A DNA stretch of 64,000 bases. It comes from an uncultured Actinomycetota bacterium (GTDB lineage Bacteria; Actinomycetota; Actinomycetes; Propionibacteriales; Nocardioidaceae). Positions within the stretch are counted from its first letter, which is position 1; each line of letters starts with the position of its first letter. Shown in pieces: positions 11,633 to 23,035 of the stretch. Made by a program: the position numbers and the translations under genes. The notes beneath the pieces were generated by a model. It saw only the letters and a list, made by a program, of their open reading frames with translations. It had not been told where the DNA came from and searched no databases. The stretch covers positions 165,568 to 229,567 of the forward strand of contig CAWDDC010000005.1 of NCBI GenBank assembly GCA_963801045.1, written 5' to 3'.

Positions 11633-12216
11633 CGGGTTCTCCTCGTCTGTGGGGGGTCCAGCTCGGGGTCAGGTGTCTCTGGGGGTCGTTGACGGGGGAC
11701 TCGATGCCGGCGCGCTCGGCGTCGATCAGCTCGCTCAGCCACTGCACCTCGCGCTCGACCGACTCGATGCCGTGGCGCTGCAGCTCGAGCGTGTACGGGT
11801 CGGCCCGGCCACCCCGGGTGCGGGGCACCGCGGTGCGTACCCGCTCGAGCCGCTCCTCCAGCCGGCTGCGCCGGCCCTCGAGGATGCGTACCCGGGTGCG
11901 GGCGTCGGTGTGGGCGAAGAACGCGAAGTGCACGCCGAAGTTGTCGTCGTCCCAGGCCGTCGGCCCGGCCTCGGTGACCAGCTCGTCGAAACGGGCCCGG
12001 CCCTGGTCGGTGAGCGAGTAGGTGATCCGGTTGCGGCGGGGCGCCTCGACGGCTGCCGTCTCGACGGCGAGGTGGCCGCGGCGTACCAGCGTCTTGAGGC
12101 AGGGGTAGAGCGTGCCGTAGGACAGCACCCGCCCCCAGCCGAGCATGCCGGTGACCTGCTTGCGCAGCTCGTAGCCGTGCAGCGGGGCGTCGTGCAGCAG
12201 CCCGAGGACCGCCATC
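11629..12216 (-). CDS. PadR family transcriptional regulator; one frame switch near 11685
   Basis: [50 protein letters not shown]...[16 protein letters not shown] is a PadR winged helix. The reading frame has no stop unless it shifts in a C-run near 11685. After the shift it ends ...[14 protein letters not shown] with its TGA overlapping the ino1 ATG. Confidence 0.8.
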   Translation of the reverse strand, partial: DGGPRAAARRPAARLRAAQAGHRHARLGAGAVLRHALPLPQDAGTPRPPRRRDGSRRGAPPQPDHLLAHRPGPGPFRRAGHRGRADGLGRRQLRRALRVLRPHRRPHPGTHPRGPAQPAGGAARAGTHRGAPHPGWPGRPVHARAAAPRHRVGRARGAVAERADRRRARRHRVPRQRPPETPDPELDPPQTRRTR

Positions 12217-12294
12217 TCCAACGCCGTGCCACGGGTGGCCACGGGCACGCTCCGGACGGGACTCGGTCGGCGACGCGGAAGTGCGCCGCTGGTC

Positions 12295-12311
12295 TGTATC
12301 GAGACGATACA
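12295..12311. promoter_or_regulatory. 17-bp perfect palindrome TGTATCG-AGA-CGATACA in the padR/ponA divergent intergenic region; candidate PadR operator
   Basis: Read directly at 12295-12311, 79 nt upstream of the padR ATG (12216). PadR-family operators are typically TGT/ACA-ended palindromes. Confidence 0.4.
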
Positions 12312-12388
12312 TCGAGCGGAGTGAGACATCTCACCCGGGGCGGTGCCGGATTTCGGGCTCGGGGCCCCGAGTCGGCACACTGTCCGCC

Positions 12389-14631
12389 GTGACCAACAGC
12401 GACGAGGACGTGCCGGACCCCGGCAGGCGGGGCCGCAGGCGCGCCAGAAAGGACGCCGGCGACGCCGGCGGCGGCACCGGGGGCACGCCACCAAGAAGCA
12501 GAAGCGGCCGCTGTGGAAGCGGCTGCTGCTGTGGTCCGGGCTCGGCTTCGTGCGGCCTGATGGCCGCCGCGCTTGCTGGCGTTCATCATCGCCTACCAGG
12601 CGGTCGACATCCCCGACCCCAACGAGGACTTCCAGACCGAGACGTCGTTCGTCTACTTCGCCGACGGCAAGACCGAGCTCGGCGAGTTCGAGCTGCAGAA
12701 CCGGCAGCACGTCGCGCTCGCCGACGTGCCGCAGAGCCATGCAGGACGCGGTCATCGCCGCCGAGGACCGCACCTTCTACGACAACGCCGGGGTGGACGT
12801 GAAGGGCATCGTGCGCGCCGCGTGGAACAACCTGCAGCGGCGACTCCACGCAGGGCGCGTCCACCATCACCCAGCAGTACGTGAAGATCGCCTACCTCTC
12901 GACCGAGCAGACCTACACCCGCAAGGCCAAGGAAGCCATCCTCGCGCTGAAGATCCAGCAGGAGCTGTCCAAGGAGGAGATCCTGCAGGGCTACCTCAAC
13001 ACCATCTACTTCGGCCGCGGCGCCTACGGCGTGCAGGCCGCGTCGCAGGCCTACTTCGGCGTCGACGTCGAGGAGCTCGACGTACGACCAGAGCGCGTTC
13101 CTCGCGGCGGTGCTGAACTCGCCGGGCAACCTCGACCCCGCCGAGGGCAAGCAGGCCAAGGCGGCCGCGCTCGAGCGCTACCACTACGTCCTGGACGGCA
13201 TGGTCGACCTCGGCACCCTCGACCAGCAGCAGGCCGACGCGGTCTACGACCGGCTGCCCAAGACGCCGGTCGCCGACACCGAGCAGCGCTTCGGCGGGCC
13301 CAAGGGCTACCTGCTCACGATGGTCCAGGACGAGCTGCGCGCGCGAGGGCTTCAGCGACGAGGAGATCAGCGGCGGCGGGCTGCGGATCACCACGACGTT
13401 CACCCAGCAGGACATGCAGGGCGTCGTGCAGTCGGTCAAGGAGCAGAAGCCCGACGGGCTCAAGGACCTGCACATCGGCGTGGCGTCGGTCGAGCCCGGC
13501 ACCGGTGCGGTGCGCGCGGTCTACGGCGGGCCGGACTTCCTCGGCAAGGGCAAGAACGCCCAGATCAACTGGGCGACCGCCGGCGCCCAGCCGGGCTCGA
13601 CGTTCAAGCCGTTCGCGCTGCTGGCCGGGCCTGCGCGACGGCTACAGCCTGAACGACTACTTCAACGGCAGCTCGCCCTACTACCTGCCCACCGGCGAGG
13701 ACGTCGAGAACCAGGGCGACTCCGGCGGCGGGTCGTTCGGCTACGTGACCCTGCTCACCGCGACCCAGGAGTCGATCAACACCGCCTACGTCGACCTCAC
13801 GGTGTCGATGGAGGACGGTCCGCAGAAGGTGCTCGACTCCGCCGAGCTGGCCGGCATCCCGCGCGAGGAGCTGGCCGACGTCGACCCGGTGCCGGTGGTG
13901 CCGCTGGGGTTCGCCAAGGTGTCGGCGATCGACATGGCCAACGCCTACGCCACGTTCGCGGCCGGCGGCGAGCGGGCCGACTGGTTCACCGTCTCGAGGG
14001 TCACCGACTCGGCCGGCAACGAGCTCTACGACCACAAGGTGCAGAGCGAGCAGGTGATCGACCCGGACATCGCCGCCGACATCACGTACGCGCTGCAGCA
14101 GGTGGTCAGCATCGGCACCGGCACCAACGCCTCGGCCATCACCTGCCCGGCGGCCGGCAAGACCGGCACCGCCACCGGACCCGAGGGCGAGGTGTCGTCG
14201 TCGTGGTTCGTCGGCTTCACGCCCAAGCTGGCCACCTCGGTGATGTACGTGCGCGGTGACGGCAACGACGAGCTCTACGGCTACCTGCCGACCTTCTTCG
14301 GCGGCGAGTACCCGGCCAGGACGTGGGCCGGCCGCCATGGAGGGCGAGACCGGCGACAAGGACTGCGGGTCGTTCCCGGAGCCGGCGTTCGTGACCGGCG
14401 ACCCGCCGACCACGGCTCCGCCGTCGACGACGGTGCCCCCGTCGACGTCGTCGACCACCACCCAGCCGCCGGAGACGACGACGACCGACGCAGACACCGC
14501 ACACGTCGCCGCCCACGACGACGACCACCGAGCCGCCGACGACGACCACGACCGAGCCGCCGCCGACGACGACCACCCCGGGTCCGCCGCCCACGCCGAC
14601 GTTCCCGGACCCCAACCCGGACAGCGGGTGA
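12389..14631 (+). CDS. ponA: class A penicillin-binding protein (transglycosylase/transpeptidase, PBP1A-like); 8 or more frame switches
   Basis: GT51 motifs are AAEDRTFYDNAGVD, STITQQYVK and RKAKEAILALKIQ. Transpeptidase motifs are STFKP (SxxK), SIN and KTGT. There is a Pro/Thr-rich tail (TTTTTEPPTTTTTEPPPTTTTPGPPPTPTFPDPNPDSG). Pieces lie in ORFs 12281.., 12343.., 12573.., 12881.., 13110.., 13414.. and 14256.. Confidence 0.85.
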
Positions 14632-14653
14632 GCCCGATCGGGTCGACCGACCG

Positions 14654-16038
14654 GTGAGACCCGGCCGCGGTGAGGTGGTCGCCCCGACGCGGGACGACCC
14701 GTTCGTCGCCGCCAGCAGCCCGGTCGTGGGCGGCGTCCTCGGCGCGCACGCGCGCCCGCACCCGTTCTGGACACCGCTGCGGGTGGTGCTGGTGCTCGTC
14801 ACGCTGACCGCGATGCTCTGGCTGGTGCGCACCGCGCCCTGCTCGGGCGGCGCCTGGTGGGGCGAGGACCGGTTCTCCGACCTCTGCTACAGCGACGTGC
14901 CGCTCGCTACGTCGAGCAGGGCCACGCCGAGCGCACCGTGCCCTACTCCGACACCCAGGGCCGCTACCCGGCGACCACCGACACGCCGCCGGTCGCGGCG
15001 GTCGCGTACGTCGCCGCGGTCGGCGCGCAGTGGCTCAGCGGCTCGCCCGACGTCGACGCCCGCGCCGACCTGCCGCTGTCGCAGCTCAACGAGTCGCCGG
15101 CGCTCGACCAGGAGGCCACCACCTACTTCTTCGTGGCCGTGCTGCTGCTGTTCGGCTTCGCCCTGGTGACCGCGACCGCTGATCGCGCGGACGCTCGGGC
15201 CGAAGACCGTGGGACGCCGCCGCCTTCGCCGCGGCGCCCGCGCTGCTGCTGGCCGGCGCCATCGGCTGGGACCTGCTGGCGGTGGTCCTCGCGGTGGGGG
15301 CGTGGGCCGCGTGGACCCGCTCCCGCGTGGTGCTCGCGGGGGTGCTCGCCGGGCTCGCGGTCGCGACCGCGGTGTGGCCGCTCGCGCTGCTGGTCGGCCG
15401 TCGTCCTGGTCGGTGCGCGCACCGGCCGGGGGCGGGAGGCCGGCCTCACCGCGCTGGCCGCCGTGCACCACCTGGACGCTGGTGCAGCTGCCGGCGCTCG
15501 CGCTGGGGCTGGCCGGGTGGTGGGCGACGGTCAACCCGCGGCTCGGCGACCCGGCGGGCTACGGGTCGTTGTGGGGCCTGGCCGCCGACGCCGGCATTCG
15601 GCGTCGACCCCGAGCTGATGGCGCGGGTGCGTGCTCGCCGCGGTCGCGCTGGTGACGGTCGGCGTGGCCTGGGTGGCGTGGCACAGCGCGCGGCCGCAGG
15701 TGGCCCAGCTCGCGCTGCTGCTGCTGGTCGGCTGGCTGGTGGTCTGGCCGGTGTACTCACCCCAGCAGGTGCTGTGGCTGCTGCCGTTCGCGGTGCTGGC
15801 CCGGCCGCGCTGGCGCGACCTGCTGGTCTGGCAGGCGGCCGAGGCGTTCTACTTCCTCGCGATCTGGATGCACCTGTCCGGGGCGACCCTCGACACCGGC
15901 CGGGTCGACCGGGTCTACGCGATCGCGATCGTGATCCGGGTCGCCGCCGAGGTGTGGTTCGCCTGGCGGGTGCTCTCCGACGTCCGCCACCCGCGGGCTC
16001 AGGGGAGCAGGACGCGGTCGAACGCGGTGGTGGTGTAG
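14654..16038 (+). CDS. polytopic integral membrane protein, Rv0051-like (possible GT87/DUF2029 family); 7 or more frame switches within about 1 kb
   Basis: Hydrophobic segments are distributed over all three + frames, for example LRVVLVLVTLTAMLWLV, YFFVAVLLLFGFALVTA and AAAPALLLAGAIGWDLLAVVLAVGAWAAW. The intact C-terminal ORF is 15631..16038. It sits after ponA, as Rv0051 does in M. tuberculosis. Confidence 0.5.
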
Positions 16039-17031
16039 CGGACCTCGACCTCGACCTCGTCGCCCACCTCGGGCAGGGTCTCGCCGCGGGGCACGAACAG
16101 CATGCTCACCTGCATGTGCGGGGGCTCGACGAACCAGCGCTGCTTGCCCGCCACCCGGAACGGCGACAGCGCCAGCCCGGCCGCGTCCAGCCCGCCGCGC
16201 GCCAGCGCGCCGGCCCGCTGCCGTACGCCGCCGGCCGCCATCGGCGCCTCCAGCCCGATCCCGTGCGACGTGCCGCCGGAGACCACCAGCACGGTGCCGT
16301 CGCGGGGCAGCGCCCGCTGCCGGTAGCCCACCCGCTCGCCGCGGGACACCTGGTGCCGGTCGAGCACGGTCGACGTGACCCGCAGCGCGCCGCGGTCACC
16401 CAGCCACAGCGCGGTGCCGACCCGCGGCCGCACGGTCAGGCCCGGGCGCGCCTCGCGCAGCCGGGCCAGCTGGTCCGGCCCGAGGTGGGAGACCCAGAGC
16501 CGGCGGCTCTCGAGCCGGGAGGTCTCCAGCACGGCGGCCCACTGCTCGGCCTCCGGCTCCCGGTCGCCGGCGAGCGGCAGGTGCAGCGCCAGCCCCTCCA
16601 GCCGCAGCCGACCGCGGCGCAGGCCGTCGGCCGCCGCGGACAGGTCGTGCCGGGTCATCCCGTGCCGCGCCATCGACGTGAGCGCCTCGACGACGACCCG
16701 GGTGCCCGGCCGCTCGCCGAGGACGGTGAGGTCGCGCAGCCGGCTGAGCGTGTGCAGCACCCGGCGGTCGTACGAGACCGGCAGGAACGGCCGCCACGGC
16801 TCCATCACCAGCACGTCGCCGTCGAAACGGGACAGGATCTCCGGCACCTCGGCGTAGCTGCCGACCGCGACGGTGTCGGCGCCCAGCCAGTCGGCGCGCC
16901 GGGCAAGGCTGGCCAGCCCGAACCCGTACCCGTTGCCCTTGGCCACCGGGACGATCTCGCCGTACGCGTCCGCGGTCGCCCGCAGGTGCGCGCGCCAGCG
17001 GTCGCCGTCGACGTTGAGGGTCAGCGGCATG
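15999..17031 (-). CDS. alanine racemase-like PLP-dependent enzyme
   Basis: Intact about 344 aa inside ORF 15999..18203: MPLTLNVDGDRWRAHLRATADAYGEIVPVAKGNGYGFG... This matches the alanine racemase N-terminal PLP-lysine context (VxKxNxYGxG), with a C-terminal beta-domain-like end. Confidence 0.7.
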
Positions 17032-17032
17032 T

Positions 17033-18203
17033 CAGTGCTTGCTCCGGCGACGGCCCAGGTAGAGGGCGAACGCGGCGTACAGCGCGCCGCGACAGCGGCA
17101 GGTCCCACTCGCCGGCGTACTCCACCGCCTGGCCACCGGTGCCGACCTTGAACGTCACCAGCCCCACGTGCGGGTCGGACTCGTCCAGGGTGTCGGTGAT
17201 GCCGCGCAGGTCGTAGACGGTGGCGCCGGCGCGCGAGCGCGTCGCGCATCATCTGCCACTGCACGGCGTTGGAGCCGCGGACGTCGCGCTTGGCGGTGCT
17301 GGAGGCGCCGTAGGAGTACCACGCGTGCCCGCCGACCCGCACCAGCGTCGTCGCGGCCACCAGCTCGCCCTCGTGCTCGGCGAGGTAGAGCCGCATCCGG
17401 TCGGGCGTCTCGGCGGTGAGCGCGTCCCACATGGTCTGGAAGTACGCCAGCGGGCGGGGCGTGAAGTGGTCCCGCTCGGCGGTCTCGGCGTAGAGCGTGT
17501 GGAAGGCCGCCAGGTCGTCGCGGTCGCCGGTGCGCACCGTGACGCCCTCCTTGGCGGCCTTCTTGATGTTGCGGCGCCACAGCTGGTTCATGCCCTTGAG
17601 CAGGTCGTCCTCGCCGCGCGGGGTGCCGTCGGGGTGCGCGAGCGGCAGCTGGAAGACGTACTGCGGCTGTCCCGCGCGTGAAGCCGCCCCCCTCGGCGGC
17701 CTGCTGCCGCCAGCCGGTGGCGGCCAGGTGGTCGTCACCCGGGCGCCGACGTCGTCGGTGGCGTCGGCGGGCACGGCGTCCAGCCGGGACAGGGCCGGGT
17801 CGGCCAGCGCCTTCTTGACCGTGGCCGCCTCCCAGCGCCGGGTGACGACCGGCGGCCCCATCCGGATGCCGAACGCGCCGCCGGCGCGCAGGTGGGCGAC
17901 CATCGGGTCGAGCCAGGCGCCGAGGTCGTCTGCCGCCCAGTCGATGACCGGGCCCTCGGGCAGGTAGGCGAGCGTGCGCGCGATCCGCGGCAGCTTGCGG
18001 TGCAGCACCAGGGCCGCGCCGACCAGCCCGTCGTCGGTGAACCAGCCGAGCGACTCGGCCCGCCACTCGGTCTTGACCCGGCCCCAGCCCGGAGTCTGCA
18101 GGAAGCTGGCCGACTCCCGGGACTCGAGGAAGGCGAGGTGTTCGTCGGCGCTGATCGGCCGGACGACCAGTCCGGGCTCGGCACGGACGACGGGAGCGCT
18201 CAC
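17033..18203 (-). CDS. FemAB-family peptidoglycan bridge-formation peptidyltransferase (FemX-like); about 3-4 frame switches
   Basis: HLAFLESRESASFLQTPGWGRVKTEWRAESLGWF..., NQLWRRNIKKAAKEGVTV and YLAEHEGELVAATTLVRVGGHAWYSYGASS are typical FemAB/GNAT-fold family segments. The C-terminus (GATVYDLRGITDTLDESDPHVGLVTFKVGTGG...) is recovered in other frames. The stop lies 1 nt before the next ATG. Confidence 0.75.
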
Positions 18204-18276
18204 GGCACGCGAGGCTACCGGCCGGGTGCGGGGCCGGGCACCGCGCCGGGTGCGGCGGCCGTGAGCCGGTCCTAGG

Positions 18277-19075
18277 GTGGCGCGGATGAGCGACGTCCTG
18301 GGTGGGTGGGTCGCCGAGCCGTTCCGCGCCGGAACGGTGGCGCACGACGTGCTCCGCCGGGGCAGCGGGCCGGGTGTGGTGCTGCTCCCGGAGCTGCCCG
18401 GCGCGACGCCGGAGGTGCTGGCGCTCGGCGACCATCTCGTCGACGCGGGCTTCGCGGTGGCGGTGCCGGACCTGTTCGGGGTGCCCGGCCGGTCGATGAG
18501 CCTCCCCTACGTCGCACGCACGCTTCGCCCGGGTCTGCGTGAGCCGCGAGTTCGCCGCGTTCGCCCGCGGTGCCGACCGCCCGGTGGCGGCGTACGTGCG
18601 GGCGCTGGCGCGCGACCAGCACTGGCGCTGCGGCGGGCCGGGCGTGGGCGTGATCGGGATGTGCTTCACCGGCGGCTTCGCGCTGGCCGCCGCGGTGGAG
18701 CCGGCGGTGCTCGCTCCCGTCGGCTCGCAGCCGTCCACGCCGTTCCCGCTGGGCAGCAGCCGGCGGCGTGACCTCGGCATGTCGGCCGGCGAGGCCGAGG
18801 TGGTCGGCGGTCGGGCGCGCACCGAGGGGCTGTGCCTGCTGGGGCTGCGGTTCAGCGCGGACAAGGTCTGCCCGGCGGAACGGTTCGCGGCCCTGGAGGA
18901 ACGCTTCGGCGACGCCTTCCGGGTGATCGAGATCGACTCGTCGCCGGGCAACCCCCACGGCATCGGCAAGCGCGCCCACTCGGTGCTCGCCTCCGACCTG
19001 GTCGACGAACCCGGCCACCCCACCCTCGCCGCCCGGGACGAGGTCGTCGCCTTCCTCCGCGACCGCCTCACCTGA
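18277..19075 (+). CDS. dienelactone hydrolase family protein; one frame switch near 18525
   Basis: ORF 18277.. (GPGVVLLPELPGATPEVLALGDHLVDAGFAVAVPDLFG) continues in ORF 18539..19075 (GVGVIGMCFTGGFALAAA with a nucleophile Cys context, then ...RAHSVL). Confidence 0.7.
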
Positions 19076-19100
19076 CCCGCCCCGCGGGTCCCGTACCCGC

Positions 19101-19158
19101 GTTGTGGCGGCAACACGCGGACGACTCGCCGAAGCGAGCAGCCGTTTGCCGCCATAAC
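19101..19158. repeat. REP-like palindromic intergenic element, copy A (possible bidirectional terminator between convergent genes)
   Basis: GTTGTGGCGGCAACACGC...inner hairpin CTCGC-cgaa-GCGAG...GTTTGCCGCCATAAC. The outer arms pair over about 13 bp. It shares GTGGCGGCAACACGC and TGCCGCCA with copies at 42381 and 45098. Confidence 0.6.
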
Positions 19159-19198
19159 CGGGCGGGCAGCGGCGAGCGACCAGCGGCGGGAGGCGCCC

Positions 19199-20505
19199 TC
19201 AGAGGACGGCGGCCCAGTCCCGGGTCTCGAGCGTCTGCTGCAGGTGCCGCAGGAAGCGCGCGGCGTAGCCGCCGTCGATCACCCGGTGGTCGAAGCTGAG
19301 CCCGACCGTCCCCACCGGGTGCACCGCGATGGCGTACTCGCCCGGTGCGGTCTCCACCGCCACCGGCTTGGCCTTGACGGTGTCGGTGGCCAGGATCGCC
19401 ACCTGTGGCTGGTTGATGATCGGGGCGGTCAGCAGGGTGCCGTAGGGGCCGGGGTTGCTGATCGTGAACGTGCCGCCGGCGTAGTCGTCCGGCCCGAGCC
19501 GCCGCTCGCGAGCGCCGGCGGCGAGCGCGGCGATCCGCCGGCCGAGCCCGGCCACGGTCAGGTCACCGGCGTCGCGCAGCACCGGCACCACCAGCCCGTC
19601 GGCGTCCAGGTCGACGGCGATGCCGAGGTGCACGCTGCGGTGCACCAGCAGGGCGCCGTCGCCGACCTGCGCGTTGACGTGCGGGTAGGCGGCGATCGCG
19701 TCGATGACCGCGCGGGCGATGAACGGCAGGTACGTCAGCGGCTTGCCCGGCACGGAACGGCGGGCGAGGTCCACGTTGCGGAAGTCGACCTCGACGGCCA
19801 TGAACGCGTGTGCCGACGTGGCCTTCGAGCGGACCATGTGCTCGGCCGTGCGCCGGCGCACCGAGGAGAACGGCACCACGTCGACGTCGTCGGGTACGGG
19901 GGGCGGCCGGCTCCGCGGCCGGCTCCGCGGACGGCTCCGCGGCGGGCGCTGCTACCGCCGCCGCCGGCTCTTCCACCGGCGCCGCGGTCGGCTCGTGCCG
20001 ACTGCGGGTCCAGCGCCGCCACGTCCGTGCGCAGCACCCGGCCGCCGGGACCGCTGCCGGTCACGTCTTGCTCGGACAGCCCGCGCTCGCGCAGCAGCCG
20101 GCGCACCAGAGGGCTGGCGCGGTGCCGGGTGTTCGGTTGGAACCCCGCCCCCCCGGAAGACGGGGGGACGACCGGGGGGGCGGGGGTCTGGGGGGCCGGC
20201 GCCTGGTCGGGCCGGCCGGGCGGGGCGCCGGTCGCGGCGGCCGGCGCCTCGGTGGCCGTCGGGCCGGCATCGGCGTCGCCGACGACGGCGAGGGCGGTGC
20301 CCACGGGCACGGTCTCGCCCTCGGGCACGAGGATCTCGCGGAGCACACCGGCCACGGTCGAGGGCACCTCGGTGTCGACCTTGTCGGTGGTGACCTCGAA
20401 CAACAGCTCGCCGACGGCCACCGGTTCGCCGACCTGCTTGAACCAGCTCGTGACGGTGCCCTCGGCGACGGTCTCGCCGAGCTGCGGCATGGTCACCTGG
20501 GTCAC
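19199..20505 (-). CDS. dihydrolipoamide acyltransferase (E2) of a 2-oxoacid/acetoin dehydrogenase complex; about 2 frame switches in the linker
   Basis: Lipoyl domain MPQLGETVAEGTVTSWFKQVGEPVAVGELLFEVTTDKVDTEVPS and a PSBD-like segment ASPLVRRLLRERGL. The catalytic domain is ORF 19199..19879 with the DHRVIDG motif. The GTG start overlaps the ALDH stop (GTGA). Confidence 0.85.
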
Positions 20506-22062
20506 CAGTCCACCGCCACGTACTGCGACTCGGTGAACTCCAGCAGCCCCTCGTGCCCGCCCTCGCGGCCGACGCCGCTCTGCTTCACGCCGCCGAACGG
20601 CGCCGCCGGGTCGGACACCAGACCACGGTTGAGTCCGACCATGCCGGCCTCCAGACGTTCGCTGATCCTCAAGCCACGTTGGAGATCCCGCGTGTAGACG
20701 TAAGCGACCAGGCCGTACTCCGTGGCGTTGGCGAGCGCCACCGCCTCGTCGTCGTGGCCGAAGGTGACCACCGGCGCCACCGGCCCGAAGATCTCGGTGC
20801 CGAGGATCTCCGCATCGGCGGGTACGTCGACCAGCACCGTCGGTGGGTAGAAGCAGCCCGGCACCCGCGGGCACCGACCCACCGGTCAGCAGCCGGGCGC
20901 CGTCGGCGACCGTACGGTCCACCAACCCGGCCACCGCGCGCTGCGCCTCGGCGTTGACCAGCGGCCCGAGCGCGACGCCGTCGCGGAGTCCGGGACCCAT
21001 CGGCAACGCCTGCATCCGCTCGGCCAGCCGGCGGCTGAACGCCTCCGCGACCCGCTCGTGCACGTAGAACCGGTTGGCCGCCGTGCAGGCCTCACCGCCG
21101 TTGCGCATCTTGGCGACCATCGCGCCGTCGACCGCCGCGTCGAGGTCGGCGTCGTCGAGCACCAGGAACGGCGCGTTGCCCCCGAGCTCCATCGAGCAGT
21201 CGACGACGGTGTGCGCCGCCTCGGCCAGCAGCGTGCGGCCGACCTCGGTCGAGCCGGTGAACGACAGCTTGCGCACCGCCGGGTGCGCCAGCACCGCCGC
21301 GCACAACGGACCCGACTGCTGCGACGGCAGCACGTTGACGACGCCGGCCGGCACCCCTGCCTGGCCCAGCAGGGCCACCACCGCCAGCGCGGTCAGCGGC
21401 GTCTCGCTGGCCGGCTTGAGGATCACCGGGCAGCCGGCCGCCAGCGCCGGCCCGATCTTGCGGGTCGCCATCGCGGCCGGGAAGTTCCAGGGGGTCACCA
21501 GCAGGCTGACCCCGACCGGCTTGTGCGTCACCAGGATCCGGTGCCCACCTGCCGGCGAGGTCTGCACCGAGCCGACGACACGGACGGCCTCCTCGGCGTA
21601 CCAGCGGAAGAACTCCGCCGCGTACGCCACCTCGCCGCGCGCGTCGGCGAGGGCCTTGCCGTTCTCGCGGACGATCAGCCGGGCCAGGTCCTCGCCGTGC
21701 CGGACCATCAGCCGGTAGGCGCGGCGCAGCACCTCGGCGCGCTCGCGGGGCGGGGTCGCGGCCCACACCGGCAGCGCGGCCTCGGCGGCCGCCACTGCGG
21801 CCAGCCCGTCGTCGACGGTCGCACTGGCCACCGTCGCCAGCACGCTGCCGTCGGCGGGGTCGCAGACCGTGATCCGGCCGCCGTCGGAGGCGGGCCGGTG
21901 CGCACCGGCGATCAGCAGGTCGTGGGAGAACCAGTCCAGCAGCTCGGGGTCGACCTGCGGGTCGGCGGCGCGTGAGTCGACCGGCGCGTCGGCCGCAGAA
22001 TCGACAGCAGCATCGACAACAGCGGTCTGCGGGGCCTGCGGAGGGAGGTCGGTGAGGGTCAC
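20502..22062 (-). CDS. NAD(P)+-dependent aldehyde dehydrogenase, succinate-semialdehyde dehydrogenase-like; one frame switch near 20880
   Basis: VTPWNFPAAMATRKIGPALAAGCPVILKPASETPLTA, FTGSTEVGR, MELGGNAPFLV and NGGEACTAANRFYV (catalytic Cys). The C-terminus is in ORF 20502..20882 (EIFGPVAPV...GGVKQSGVGREG). The GTG start overlaps the E1 beta stop. Confidence 0.85.
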
Positions 22063-23035
22063 GACTGCATCGCCTTCTCCACCGTGGTGACGATCCGGTC
22101 GACCGACGGCATCGCGAGGTCCTCCAGCGCCTCGGCCGACGGCAGCGGGATGTGCGGCGTGGTGATCCGGATCGGCGGCCCGTCGAGGTCCCAGAAGACC
22201 TCCTCGCCGGCGATCGACACCAGCTCGCCGCCCCAGCCGCACAGCCGCGGGTTCTCCTCCACGGTGAACATCCGGCCGGTCCGGCTCACCCGGTCGAGGA
22301 TGGTGCGGGTGTCCAGCGGCACCAGGCAGCGCAGGTCGACGACCGTGCACTCGATGCCGGCACCGGCCAGCTGCTCGGCCGCCTCGACCGTGCGCGGCAC
22401 CATGTTGCCCAGCGCCAGCAGCGTCGCGTCGCCACCCTCGCGCAGCACGCTCGCGGTGCCGAGGCTGTCGACCACGTCGCCGTCGGGCACCTCGCCGCGT
22501 ACGGGATAGAGCGCCTTCTCCTCGAGGAACACCACCGGGTCGTCGTCGCGCACCGCCGCCGCCATCAGCCCCACGACGTCGCGCGGGTTGGACGGCACCA
22601 CGACCTTGAGGCCGGGGATCGACATCATCCAGCTCTCGACGCTCTGGCTGTGCTGCGCGCCGAAGCGCAGCCCGCCGCCGTTGCCCGAGCGGACCACCAG
22701 CGGGAACGACATCTGGCCGGCCGTCATGTAGCGCGACTTGGCGATCTCGTTGGCGAGGATGTCCCAGCACACCGCGAAGAAGTCGCTGAACATGATCTCG
22801 GCGATCGGCCGCATGCCGGTCATCGCGGCGCCCATCGCCGCACCGAGGATGGCCTGCTCGCTGATCGGGGTGTCGCGCACGCGCACCGGGCCGAACTCCT
22901 CGAGCAGCCCGACGGTGCCCTTGAACACGCCGCCCGCAGCGGCGATGTCCTCGCCGATGAGCACCACGCTCTCGTCGCGGCGCATCTCCTGGGCGATGCC
23001 GCGGGCGATCGCCTCCCGGAAGGTCAGTTGCGCCA
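22059..23035 (-). CDS. 2-oxoacid (pyruvate/acetoin-type) dehydrogenase E1 component beta subunit
   Basis: Intact ORF: MAQLTFREAIARGIAQEMRRDESVVLIGEDIAAAGGVFKGTVGLLEEFGPVRVRDTPISEQAI... Start chosen at Met 23035, inside ORF 22059..23057. Confidence 0.9.

Noticed and set aside
15999-18203. 734-aa ORF suggesting a FemAB-alanine racemase fusion protein.
   Set aside because: After correcting the frame near 17235 and 17090, the FemAB-like protein ends at a TGA (17033-17035), 1 nt before the ATG of the racemase-like gene. This is two genes, not a fusion.
19905-19940. Three tandem 12-bp units (GGCCGGCTCCGC x2, GGACGGCTCCGC) and the 12-bp duplication at 44541-44570.
   Set aside because: Both lie inside coding regions and encode Ala/Glu/Pro or Pro/Thr/Glu/Leu linker repeats (the E2 inter-domain linker and the IorB-like N-terminus). 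They are ordinary low-complexity coding repeats, not regulatory elements.
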